Part shown: one piece after another, positions 28,447 through 37,922 of the stretch
How positions within the stretch are numbered: the first letter of the stretch is position 1
Layout: every line of letters starts with the position of its first letter
DNA from: a virus
Lineage: Duplodnaviria > Caudoviricetes
Strand: one strand, 5' to 3'
IMG/VR virus record: IMGVR_UViG_3300032303_001195
Coordinates: 28,157-92,156 of that record
Length of the DNA stretch: 64,000 nt
The notes under the pieces: model-generated
What the model was told of the DNA's origin: nothing
The model's database searches: none
Seen by the model: the letters and a program-made list of their open reading frames with translations, nothing else
Made by a program: the position numbers and the translations under genes

Positions 28447-29157
28447 ATGGCAAATTATTCAAGAGGAACAAGTGCAAACATCATCGTTGGTGCTGCCGCA
28501 CTTTTCACTTACGAAAGTGGTCCAATTGGTCAAACTACATCTGGTGCAATTACCGATCTAGAGGCTGAAAAGGATCTTCCAAACGTTGTAGGAGCAGGTG
28601 GAGGAGAGTCTTACAAAGAGACGCTCTCTAAGCCAGCCTACAAAGGTGTCTTTAGAAACGTTGGTTACACATCAAACGGTCTTGAACTTCAGTTCCAGCC
28701 TGACTTCGGTGAAGTTAAGGTTGACCAGATCCTTGACGTAGCCAGACTCTACAAGCAGGGTATGAAGGTAAACATGAAGACTTCATTCGCTGAATCAACG
28801 CTTGAGAACCTTCTGTTTGCAGTCGCTGGTCAGGGTACTGACCTTAGCGTTCCAACAGGTGGCTCTTTTGCTGGAAACAACGTTCTCCGTATGTCAGCAG
28901 GTGACATTGGTGAATGTCCAGTTGAGCGTGGTCTTGTAGCTGTTGGTCCAGGTACAGGTAACTGTGCTGCAGGATCATCCATCGAGCGTATCTATATTGC
29001 ATACCGTGCTCTCTCAATTGAGAGTGTTACAGTATCAGCAAAGCGTGAAGAGGCTACTATGTTTGAGGTTTCATTCCGACTCCTTCCAAACGACAATAGC
29101 TCCTATGGTAAGATTGTGGATCACACACTCACAACCACTGGCTCTTCAGCAGCGTAA
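28447..29157 (+). CDS. major tail (tube) protein
   Basis: NIIVGAA, VGYTSNG, VDQ, AESTLENL; strong RBS and terminator. Confidence 0.85.
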   Translation: MANYSRGTSANIIVGAAALFTYESGPIGQTTSGAITDLEAEKDLPNVVGAGGGESYKETLSKPAYKGVFRNVGYTSNGLELQFQPDFGEVKVDQILDVARLYKQGMKVNMKTSFAESTLENLLFAVAGQGTDLSVPTGGSFAGNNVLRMSAGDIGECPVERGLVAVGPGTGNCAAGSSIERIYIAYRALSIESVTVSAKREEATMFEVSFRLLPNDNSSYGKIVDHTLTTTGSSAA

Positions 29158-29171
29158 TCTAACTTAATAAT

Positions 29172-29208
29172 GGGATTGCCCAGACTTCGGTCTGGGCTTT
29201 TCCTTTTG
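29172..29208 (+). terminator. intrinsic terminator with cUUCGg loop
   Basis: GCCCAGAC-TTCG-GTCTGGGC followed by TTTTCCTTTT. Confidence 0.85.
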
Positions 29209-29225
29209 TTTGATACAATTAGTTA

Positions 29226-29909
29226 ATGGCAACAAAAATATATAAAAGCATGTCTGTTACGTTTTTAAATGGACAAGAACTATTCATGACTCCACTAAAG
29301 ATAAAATATCTTAGAGACTTTATGGATGCCTTCGCAATAGTAAAGCAATCAAGAAATGATGAAGAAGCAATTGACTATCTTATTGATTGTGTAGTTATTG
29401 CAATGAAACAATATTGCCCAGAGATCGCTACAAAAGAATCTGTAGAAGATCTGTGTGACCTAGCTATGATTTATGCGGTCATTGAAGCAGCAGCAGATAT
29501 TAAAATGAAAGAAGACTCTAAAGATAGCGTTGCAAACCAAGCTGAAAAAGGCGGAAGCTGGATGGACTTTGATTTAGCAAAACTTGAATCAGAATTGTTT
29601 TTATCTGGTATTTGGAAAAACTATGAAGAACTAGAATCTTCAGTTTCTTTACCAGAATTAATCATAACGCTAGAATCAAAGAGAGATCTTGACTATCAAG
29701 AAAAAAGATTTTTAGCAGCAATTCAGGGGGTAGATCTTGATTCTCAGTCTGGTAAAGAACCAGAACAAAATGCATGGGAAAAGCTCAAAGCAAAAGTATT
29801 TAGTAATAATGGCACAGAAGATCCAAATGACATTCTTGCTTTGCAAGGTGTAAATGCAGAACAAGCAGGATTTGGTATCGGTATGGGTATTGAATATACA
29901 AAGCTATAA
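29226..29909 (+). CDS. tail assembly chaperone, long (GT-like) form
   Basis: Between tube and tape measure; N-half paralogous to 29963-30274. Confidence 0.7.
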   Translation: MATKIYKSMSVTFLNGQELFMTPLKIKYLRDFMDAFAIVKQSRNDEEAIDYLIDCVVIAMKQYCPEIATKESVEDLCDLAMIYAVIEAAADIKMKEDSKDSVANQAEKGGSWMDFDLAKLESELFLSGIWKNYEELESSVSLPELIITLESKRDLDYQEKRFLAAIQGVDLDSQSGKEPEQNAWEKLKAKVFSNNGTEDPNDILALQGVNAEQAGFGIGMGIEYTKL

Positions 29910-29962
29910 AAACAAAAGACTGTCTATGTTATAATTAATAAGACAATACAAGGAGGAAATTA

Positions 29963-30274
29963 ATGTCAACAAATATTAATGAAGAAGAAAAGGTCACTCT
30001 TATAGATGGAACTGACATCATGGTTAGACCACTAAAGATCTCGCTTCTTCGACCATTTATGAAAAAGTTTGAGCAATTGGCGGAGGTAGCAGAAGATAAC
30101 GATAAGTCTATGGATGTTCTAATTGAGTGCGTTCAGATTGCTATGAAGCAATACAATGAACAGCTTTCTCTAGACATTAAGGCTCTTGAGGACAACGTAG
30201 ACCTTCCAACGGTTTACAAGATTGTGGAAGCAGCATCTGGCGTTAAGCTTGGTGAACTACCTGGTCTAAATTAA
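29963..30274 (+). CDS. tail assembly chaperone, short (G-like) form
   Basis: PLKI..LR.FM..F, LI.CV.IAMKQY shared with the upstream gene; AAGGAGG RBS. Confidence 0.7.
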   Translation: MSTNINEEEKVTLIDGTDIMVRPLKISLLRPFMKKFEQLAEVAEDNDKSMDVLIECVQIAMKQYNEQLSLDIKALEDNVDLPTVYKIVEAASGVKLGELPGLN

Positions 30275-30294
30275 TATAAGGATGGTGTAAATGA

Positions 30295-33200
30295 ATGGCT
30301 GATGTAAATTCTAATATCAATATAAATATTGATAGCGGAAACTCTATAGCAGAGCTAAAGAGACTCCAATCAGAATTATCAGCTTTTTACACTAGCATGG
30401 CTAAAGGCGGTGCTGCTGCTGCCGCTTCTGCAAGTAATCTACAGAATAATTTAATTAATTCTGTTAATGCTAGTGGTCAGTTTACTGCTTCAATGAAGCG
30501 TATTTCTACCACTACTGAATCATTTACAACTGCCCTTGAAAAAAATAAGCTCTCTATGGGGCAATATTTTAAATATTCAATGGGCAGTTTTCAGGCTTTT
30601 AGCAAGGTATTTTCAAGTGAGTTTTCAACCATTGAAAAAGTTGCTCGTGAAAGAGTAAAGACCCTACAAACTCAGTACATTCAGCTTGGTCGTGATGCTA
30701 CTGGTGCAATGAAGGCAATTGCTATCAGACCACAGGTTCTAGATATGAATGATCTAGGAACTAAAACAGCAATGGCTGCACAAAAAATGCAGATTCTAAA
30801 CCAGCTTGTTTCTCAAGGATCTACAAATCTTCTAAACTTTGGTAAAAATACTCAGTGGGCTGGTCGCCAGCTTATGGTTGGTTTTTCTATTCCACTTGGA
30901 ATTGCAGGAGCTGCTGCTGCTAAAGAGTTTATGAAACTTGAAGAGCAGTCAATTAGATTTAAACGTGTATATGGTGATACATTTACACCAACATCTGAAG
31001 CAGATGCAATGGTTAATCAGATTAAAGATTTGGCTAATGCATATACTGCATATGGAATTTCTGTAGATAAGACAATGGGACTAGCAGCTGATGCTGCTGC
31101 TATGGGTAAGCAAGGTGCAGATCTTTTAGCTCAGGTCAATGAAGCATCGAGACTGTCTGTTCTTGGTGGGGTAGATCAACAAAAAGCACTTGAGACAACT
31201 ACATCTCTTACTAATGCTTTTGGTATTGCAACAAAAGATCTTGCTAAAGAAATCAACTTCCTTAACGGAGTTGAAAACCAAACTGTTACATCTATTGATG
31301 ATTTGACCACTGCTATTCCAACTGCTGCTCCAGTTATTCAACAACTTGGTGGTAATGTTCAGGACCTTGCATTCTTTTTAACAGCTATGCGTGAAGGTGG
31401 CATCGATGCCTCTGAAGGTGCTAACGCACTTAAATCAGGTCTTGCTTCTATTATTAATCCAACAACTGAAGCAACTAATATGCTTGCAAGTTTTGGCATT
31501 AATTTGCAGGGCATTGTTGACAAAGATAAAGGTAATGTTAAAAACCTAGTTATAGATTTAGCAAATGCTCTTAATCAACTTGACCCAACAAATAGAGCAC
31601 AAGCTATTGAGCAAATGTTTGGAAAGTTCCAATTTGCTCGTATTTCAACTCTATTCCAGAACGTAACAAAAGAAGGATCTCAGGCAAGTCGTGTTCTTGA
31701 CTTAACTGCAAGATCAACAACAGAGCTTGCTATTTTATCACAACGAGAAATGCAGAAAATTTCTGATTCTCCAATGTATAAGTTCCAGGGTGCTGTTGAA
31801 AAATTCCAGGCATCTCTTGCTCCATTAGGAGAGGCATTTCTAAAAGCTGTAACTCCAATTGTTGAATTCGGTACAAAACTTCTTGAACAGTTTAACAAGT
31901 GGGATGAAGGCACAAAGAATATTGCAATTATTATTGCAGGAGCAATTGGTGGAATTGCGCCAATTCTTCTTATGTCTTTTGGTCTTGTTGCTAACGGTGT
32001 AGCTAACCTTATTAAATTCTTCTCTGGTCTAACTAGAATTTTTATGGGGGTAGGAAGAGATTCAAATATTCTGGGCAATCAACTAGGATACATGACACAA
32101 CAACAACTAGAAGCTGCTGCAGTCGCTGCATCACTAGATCAATCACACAATAATCTTATTCAAACATTTACCTCTGAAGCTGGAGCAGTACACAACTTAG
32201 CACTAGCATATGAAAGAGCAGCTGCTGCTGCGTCAAGAATTGCTATTGGTGGAGTATCTAGAGGTGCTGCAGGTAAGAAGATGGCTACTGGTGGTATCAT
32301 TAGTGGTCCTGGTGGTCCCAAGTCTGATTCAGTACCAGCTATGCTTTCAAATGGCGAAGCTGTTATTCCTGCTGAAGTAGTTAAAAAATATCCTGGACTT
32401 GTTAATGGTCTTATTGCTGGTAATGTTGGGCATCATGCAGATGGTAATATGCAGTTTGCACACATTGGTCCAGGAGTTAATGAAACAGCTAGTCAGGCAC
32501 TAGCTCAAAGTGGTTCAAGAAATTATACAGGAAAAGCATTAAAAGCTATTGAAACACTTGTAAGATTAAAGGTAGAAGGAGAAGTTGTTAGGCTTCAACA
32601 TGCTTGGGGTATGTCAATGTCTGGATCTGTAAATGCTAATCTTGCAAAACCAAAAGGTGCTGATATTACACAGGTAGGTTCACAATTTGCTGGTAAAAAA
32701 GAAGGCGTTGCTGGTAGATGGCAAGAAAGCTTAAAATTATCTGGACAAGAGGCTAGTCAAAGATTATTACAAGAATTAAATAATTATGAAAAAGCAATGT
32801 CAGCAAAAATTAGAGATCTTAAAAATAGAGGTATTCAAAGAATTGTTGATACTGATAAACAATTAGAGCAAATTCCAAAAGAACAAAGAAAACTTTATGC
32901 ATCATTAGAATCATTAGATAGACAGGTAATTCAAGAAATCGGTGCAGAAAATAAAAAACTTGTTGAAGCAAGAAAAAAGGGTCTTGGAACAATTAGAGAT
33001 GTTCGTGTAGATGTTGCTTCAGGTTCCGCAGCAGACAAAAAAATTCGAGCAGATAAAAATGCTAGTGCATTATTTATAAGAAGAAGGAGTAGTCAGTCTG
33101 ATGGCACAAGAGCTGGAGTTAGTGTTCAATCAGGTTCTGCTGGTGGAATGGGTGCTATGCCAGCTCAAACAAGAACTGTTTCAGAAGTTACTGGTGGTAA

Positions 33201-36200
33201 AGAAAGTCAGACAAGGGCTAGAAAAATTTCTGAAGCAGATGCTCGTGCCTCTATGACACCAGCACAAAAACGTAAATATACAATGGCTGATGAAGCAGGA
33301 AAGAAAGCTTTACTAGCTGCACAACGTAAACAAATTCGTGCAGCTGAAGAAGAGGCTACTATTGCACAACGTCAAGCGGCAGCAGCAAAACGATCTGAGG
33401 CTGCTCGTAAGGGTGTTGAAACACGTAGACTTAATGCAGAAAGAAAAGCAGCCGAAGCTGCAGAAGCAGAAGCTAGAGGAAGGCAAAAGCCAAGTTTTGG
33501 TTCCAGAATAAGGGGTATGGGTCAACGTGGTGGCGGTATGGCTGGAATGGCTTTATCTGGAGCCATGATGATGGGATCTATGGCTGGTGGTCCTGCTGGA
33601 GATGCTATGGGTGCAATTGCTGGTCCTTTGATGGGTGTAGCGTCAATGATGTCTATGATACCTGGACCTGCAGGATTAGTAGTTGGTGCTCTTGCTGGTG
33701 TTGGGATGGCGGCACTTGCAGTAAATCAAGCTATGAATGATGCAAGAGATAAAGCACTTGCATTTGGTAATGCTATGGGTGCTGGTACGGCAAACATGGA
33801 AAAGCTTGCATCGTTTACTGGACAAGTTACAGATAGTCAGGTAAAAGCAAAAGAACGCTTAGATATTATGACACAAGGAAAAGCAGCAAACGGTGCTGCT
33901 GATAGTGTTGGTGGTCAATTCCTTGCTTCAGATACTGGTAAAGCATTAACAGATTCAATTGCTGCAAGCATTAAAAATGTAGACATGGCAACAATTAAAG
34001 AACAGATTTATCAGCAAATGGCAACAGCAGTTACCACAGGAGCGATGGATACTGCAACAGCTAAGAGCATTGTAGATGCATTAGGACAAAAACTTAAAGA
34101 TCCTGCTTTTGCAGTAACAATTAATGCAAAACTAAGTGATCTTTTAGGTCCAAATGGTGAAAAATTAGAGGGTGACAAACTTAACGTTGTAGCAGAATTA
34201 AGTAAACAATCAGTGACAAGTGTTCAAGGGCAGATCTCTCAATTGACATCAACGCTTCCAGACGCAGGACTTAACTGGGCTAGAATTTCTGAAGTAGCAG
34301 GACTTACAGTTTCAACAGGAGTACAGGCAATTGAACAGCAAAAACAACTTCTTGACTCTCTTGATGTTGAGTATGAAAAGAGAATGGCAAATGCAAAAGC
34401 TACTGGAGCAAGTGCTAGTGAACAACAAAAAATAACTGATGAATATAAAAAATCAAGAGATGAAAATATTAAAGCTCAAAATGAAACTTTAAACCCAGTA
34501 GCTGACCCATATGCAGCTGCTGTAGGAATTAATTTAAAAACAGGAAATCTTTTAAGAACTTCAAATAGCATTGCTGCTGGTGAAATGGGTAAGGCAATGG
34601 ATACCCAAATTGAAAATAAGTATAAAGATGATGCAATTCAACTAGAACTTGCAAAACAGGCTAGAGATAAAATTGTTGGCAGTGAAGGAAACAATCCTGG
34701 TGCTATGACAAAACAAGAGCAAGCACAAGCTCAAGTAAGAGAATATAAACTTAAAGCGGTTCTTGCTGAAGGAGATATTCCTCCTCAAGCATTCTTAGAT
34801 CTTCTTAAAGGCACAGAAGGAAATGAAGCAGCTGCATCAAAACAAAATCAATTTGTTGTAGATATTATTGGAAAAGTTGGTAATGCCGATGGTGCAATGA
34901 TGGTTCAAATGGCTTCTGCAATGAATGAACCTCAAAAATTAGCATTTGAAGCAACTTTGACTGGAGATCCAGAAAAGGTAAAGCAAATGACAGATATGTA
35001 TCAAGAAATATACAAATCTGGAGGGCAAGAAGCAGTAAACTTAGTGGCAAATCTTGAAGTTAAGTCCCAGGGTCAAGGCGCTGATGCTCAACAAGCAACA
35101 ACCAGACTTGCAAAATTGAAACAAGGGTTTAAGGATATTGCTGAACTTACTGCAAATGGTCCAATAACAATGGAAACCCTTATTAAAACTAATGGAGATT
35201 TTGAGGGATTAAAGGATCAGGCAGAGTATTTTAATAGTTTACCAGCAGCACAACAAAAAGTATTTGTTGAAAGATATCTTACTGTATACGATACCGTTTC
35301 TCCTGCAGAAGCAACTGCTTGGATGCGAGATCAAACTGGTCAAACTACAGGAACTATGCTTGCAAGAGATAATGCAGGAAGAGGACAAACCTTTACTCAG
35401 GAAGAAGCAATGCAAGCTTATGCTGCAAATTCAGCTAGAGAATTTACTAATGCAATTGGTGGTGCAAGTGGATTAAATGAAGACAATAATAACTCAGATG
35501 GTGGCGGAGGTGGAGGTGGAGGAACTCCAGCAAAAACTATTGAAGATGTGATCTCTGCACAGCAAAAACTTATAACTCAAACTAATGATCAAAAACAGGC
35601 AATTCAAAGTCTTGTTTCTTCTGGACTAAGCCTTGCAGATGCATATAAGGTTGCATCAAATGCTGAAGATGCAGCATTAATTGCTCATGGTGCTAATACA
35701 GAACAAATTCAAAGACTTACAGAAGCAACTAAAGAAGCTGAAAAAGCAACAAAGAGTTTTGCAGCAGCACAGAATCTTGCACAATCTGTACAAGAAAATA
35801 TTGATAAAAAAGCACTTGCTCTAAAATTAGCAGCAGATAGCACATTAACAAATACTCAAAAACAAGCCATTGTAGATAATAAAGATCTTGCTAATCTTTA
35901 TATGAATCCTACCTTTGATCCTACTACACTTCAAAAAGCTCTTGATGATGCTGCAAATGCTAGGTCTTACGAACTTCAAATTAAGAAACTAACTATTTCA
36001 GGTATGCAAGATATCTGGAAACAAGGATTTGACAAAGCAAGCCAAGCTTTTAGTGCTCAACAAAATGTAATTGAGATTAAGTTTAAAGCTGCAAAGTCTC
36101 CATTTGAAAACATTGTAAAAGCAGGTCAAAGAGCTATTGAAGATATTCAGAATAGACCAGGTGGTCTTGATGATCTTGATGCAGACCTACAGAGAATTTC

Positions 36201-37350
36201 TGATAAAGAACAAGATATTAATAAAGCCTATGATGATAAAGTAAAAGCTCTTGAGCAAGTTTCAAAAGTTAATGACAAAATCATTGCCCAGCAAAAATCA
36301 CAACTAACTCTTGCAGACGCATTAACACAGGGTGATATAGCTGCTGCAGCTAAAGCAGCACAAGATATGCGAGCACAGGACGTATCTTCTGGAATGCAAA
36401 GCCAAAGAGAAATGCTTGATCAAAGTAGAAAGAACGAGATTGATTCTTTGACAGGCAATAGTGGAATGACAAGGGATCAGATTGAGGAAAAAGTTCGTGA
36501 CCTAAAAGCAGAAGTTCTTGCAATTGAAGAAAACTCTATTGAACCTGCACAAAGACGTATTGCATTGCTTGATAGACAAATGCAAGATCAGATTGATACT
36601 CTTACTGTTCTTGGAAAAACAAAAGAAAAGTGGGACGCAATTAATGCAAGTCTTGAACTAGCAAATACTAAAACAAAAGAATTCCAAGATGCAATGAGAG
36701 AAGCTCTTAATATTGCTAGTACTTTGGGAACTGCTCTTACTACAGGCGTTGTACCTACTGTTGGTGGACTTACTACTCCAACAACTCCTACGGCTCCTAC
36801 AGCACCTGCTAGAGCAGAATATGTTTATCCAGGAGAAGCAACATGGGGATCTGGATCAGATGTTGTAAAGAAACTTCAAACAGCACTTAATAAAGGTGGT
36901 GCTGGATTAACTGTAGATGGAGTATTTGGTCCATTAACTGCTGCAGCACTTAAAAACTTCCAGTCTAGTAATGGGCTTGTTGCTGATGCTGATGCTGGTC
37001 CACTTACTTGGAGAAAACTTTATGATGTTGGTTATTACGCTAAGGGTGGAATGGTTCCATACATGGCTTCTGGCGGAATGGCAAAAATGCTTGCAAAGGG
37101 AACAGATACAATTCCTGCAATGCTTTCTGCAGGAGAATTTGTAATGAAGAAATCTGCGGTAGATCAAATTGGGGCTTCTAAATTAGCTCAAATGAACGAT
37201 GGCAAATATCAGCATCAAGAAGCATCCAATTCAGTGTATAATATTAATGTACAGGCTCAAACAGACGCAAGTCCAGAAGATATTGCTCGTGTAGTAATGC
37301 AGAAGATGGCATCTGTTGACCGATACCGTACAACAGGGAATAGGTTCTAA
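30295..37350 (+). CDS. tape measure protein with C-terminal peptidoglycan-binding domain
   Basis: 2351 aa, Ala-rich helical, TP901-like core; VKKLQTALN..VDGVFGPLT..LKNFQ domain. Confidence 0.92.
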   Translation: MADVNSNININIDSGNSIAELKRLQSELSAFYTSMAKGGAAAAASASNLQNNLINSVNASGQFTASMKRISTTTESFTTALEKNKLSMGQYFKYSMGSFQAFSKVFSSEFSTIEKVARERVKTLQTQYIQLGRDATGAMKAIAIRPQVLDMNDLGTKTAMAAQKMQILNQLVSQGSTNLLNFGKNTQWAGRQLMVGFSIPLGIAGAAAAKEFMKLEEQSIRFKRVYGDTFTPTSEADAMVNQIKDLANAYTAYGISVDKTMGLAADAAAMGKQGADLLAQVNEASRLSVLGGVDQQKALETTTSLTNAFGIATKDLAKEINFLNGVENQTVTSIDDLTTAIPTAAPVIQQLGGNVQDLAFFLTAMREGGIDASEGANALKSGLASIINPTTEATNMLASFGINLQGIVDKDKGNVKNLVIDLANALNQLDPTNRAQAIEQMFGKFQFARISTLFQNVTKEGSQASRVLDLTARSTTELAILSQREMQKISDSPMYKFQGAVEKFQASLAPLGEAFLKAVTPIVEFGTKLLEQFNKWDEGTKNIAIIIAGAIGGIAPILLMSFGLVANGVANLIKFFSGLTRIFMGVGRDSNILGNQLGYMTQQQLEAAAVAASLDQSHNNLIQTFTSEAGAVHNLALAYERAAAAASRIAIGGVSRGAAGKKMATGGIISGPGGPKSDSVPAMLSNGEAVIPAEVVKKYPGLVNGLIAGNVGHHADGNMQFAHIGPGVNETASQALAQSGSRNYTGKALKAIETLVRLKVEGEVVRLQHAWGMSMSGSVNANLAKPKGADITQVGSQFAGKKEGVAGRWQESLKLSGQEASQRLLQELNNYEKAMSAKIRDLKNRGIQRIVDTDKQLEQIPKEQRKLYASLESLDRQVIQEIGAENKKLVEARKKGLGTIRDVRVDVASGSAADKKIRADKNASALFIRRRSSQSDGTRAGVSVQSGSAGGMGAMPAQTRTVSEVTGGKESQTRARKISEADARASMTPAQKRKYTMADEAGKKALLAAQRKQIRAAEEEATIAQRQAAAAKRSEAARKGVETRRLNAERKAAEAAEAEARGRQKPSFGSRIRGMGQRGGGMAGMALSGAMMMGSMAGGPAGDAMGAIAGPLMGVASMMSMIPGPAGLVVGALAGVGMAALAVNQAMNDARDKALAFGNAMGAGTANMEKLASFTGQVTDSQVKAKERLDIMTQGKAANGAADSVGGQFLASDTGKALTDSIAASIKNVDMATIKEQIYQQMATAVTTGAMDTATAKSIVDALGQKLKDPAFAVTINAKLSDLLGPNGEKLEGDKLNVVAELSKQSVTSVQGQISQLTSTLPDAGLNWARISEVAGLTVSTGVQAIEQQKQLLDSLDVEYEKRMANAKATGASASEQQKITDEYKKSRDENIKAQNETLNPVADPYAAAVGINLKTGNLLRTSNSIAAGEMGKAMDTQIENKYKDDAIQLELAKQARDKIVGSEGNNPGAMTKQEQAQAQVREYKLKAVLAEGDIPPQAFLDLLKGTEGNEAAASKQNQFVVDIIGKVGNADGAMMVQMASAMNEPQKLAFEATLTGDPEKVKQMTDMYQEIYKSGGQEAVNLVANLEVKSQGQGADAQQATTRLAKLKQGFKDIAELTANGPITMETLIKTNGDFEGLKDQAEYFNSLPAAQQKVFVERYLTVYDTVSPAEATAWMRDQTGQTTGTMLARDNAGRGQTFTQEEAMQAYAANSAREFTNAIGGASGLNEDNNNSDGGGGGGGGTPAKTIEDVISAQQKLITQTNDQKQAIQSLVSSGLSLADAYKVASNAEDAALIAHGANTEQIQRLTEATKEAEKATKSFAAAQNLAQSVQENIDKKALALKLAADSTLTNTQKQAIVDNKDLANLYMNPTFDPTTLQKALDDAANARSYELQIKKLTISGMQDIWKQGFDKASQAFSAQQNVIEIKFKAAKSPFENIVKAGQRAIEDIQNRPGGLDDLDADLQRISDKEQDINKAYDDKVKALEQVSKVNDKIIAQQKSQLTLADALTQGDIAAAAKAAQDMRAQDVSSGMQSQREMLDQSRKNEIDSLTGNSGMTRDQIEEKVRDLKAEVLAIEENSIEPAQRRIALLDRQMQDQIDTLTVLGKTKEKWDAINASLELANTKTKEFQDAMREALNIASTLGTALTTGVVPTVGGLTTPTTPTAPTAPARAEYVYPGEATWGSGSDVVKKLQTALNKGGAGLTVDGVFGPLTAAALKNFQSSNGLVADADAGPLTWRKLYDVGYYAKGGMVPYMASGGMAKMLAKGTDTIPAMLSAGEFVMKKSAVDQIGASKLAQMNDGKYQHQEASNSVYNINVQAQTDASPEDIARVVMQKMASVDRYRTTGNRF

Positions 37351-37922
37351 TGCCAGATAATGAAAGTTATATTTTAGGAAGAAAGAAATATGGTCGCCCA
37401 CAGGCGATGCTTTTTTCAGATAACCCTGGAGTAATTTCTGAAAATGGTTTATATGTACCATCTGGTACAGAAAATACAAACTTTATAGTACTGTCAGATG
37501 ACAATCGTTCTGATATAAGCATTAGAGAAAATCGTATAGAAACTCGTAAGAGAATGGTTAATGGCAATATGCGATCACATCATATTGCAGACAAGGTTAT
37601 AATTTCAACATCTTGGGATATGCTTCCATCTCGTAGCTCTTCTACTGGACCAGTTGATCTTAATGCTTACTCTTATACAAGTGATCATGGTGCAGGTGGC
37701 GTACAACTACTAGATTGGTATGCAAAAAACGCTGGTTCTTTCTGGGTATTCTTAGCATATGACAAATACAGTAATTTTGCAAGCCAAGGAACTACTCCAT
37801 CACTACAACAATACAATGAAGTAATTGAAGTATACTTCTCTGATTTTTCATATACAGTTAAAAAACGTGGTCACTATCTTCATGACTATTGGTCAATAGA
37901 CTTGAGCCTGGAAGAGGTATAA
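37350..37922 (+). CDS. distal tail-like protein
   Basis: Immediately after the tape measure; ends LSLEEV. Confidence 0.6.
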   Translation: MPDNESYILGRKKYGRPQAMLFSDNPGVISENGLYVPSGTENTNFIVLSDDNRSDISIRENRIETRKRMVNGNMRSHHIADKVIISTSWDMLPSRSSSTGPVDLNAYSYTSDHGAGGVQLLDWYAKNAGSFWVFLAYDKYSNFASQGTTPSLQQYNEVIEVYFSDFSYTVKKRGHYLHDYWSIDLSLEEV

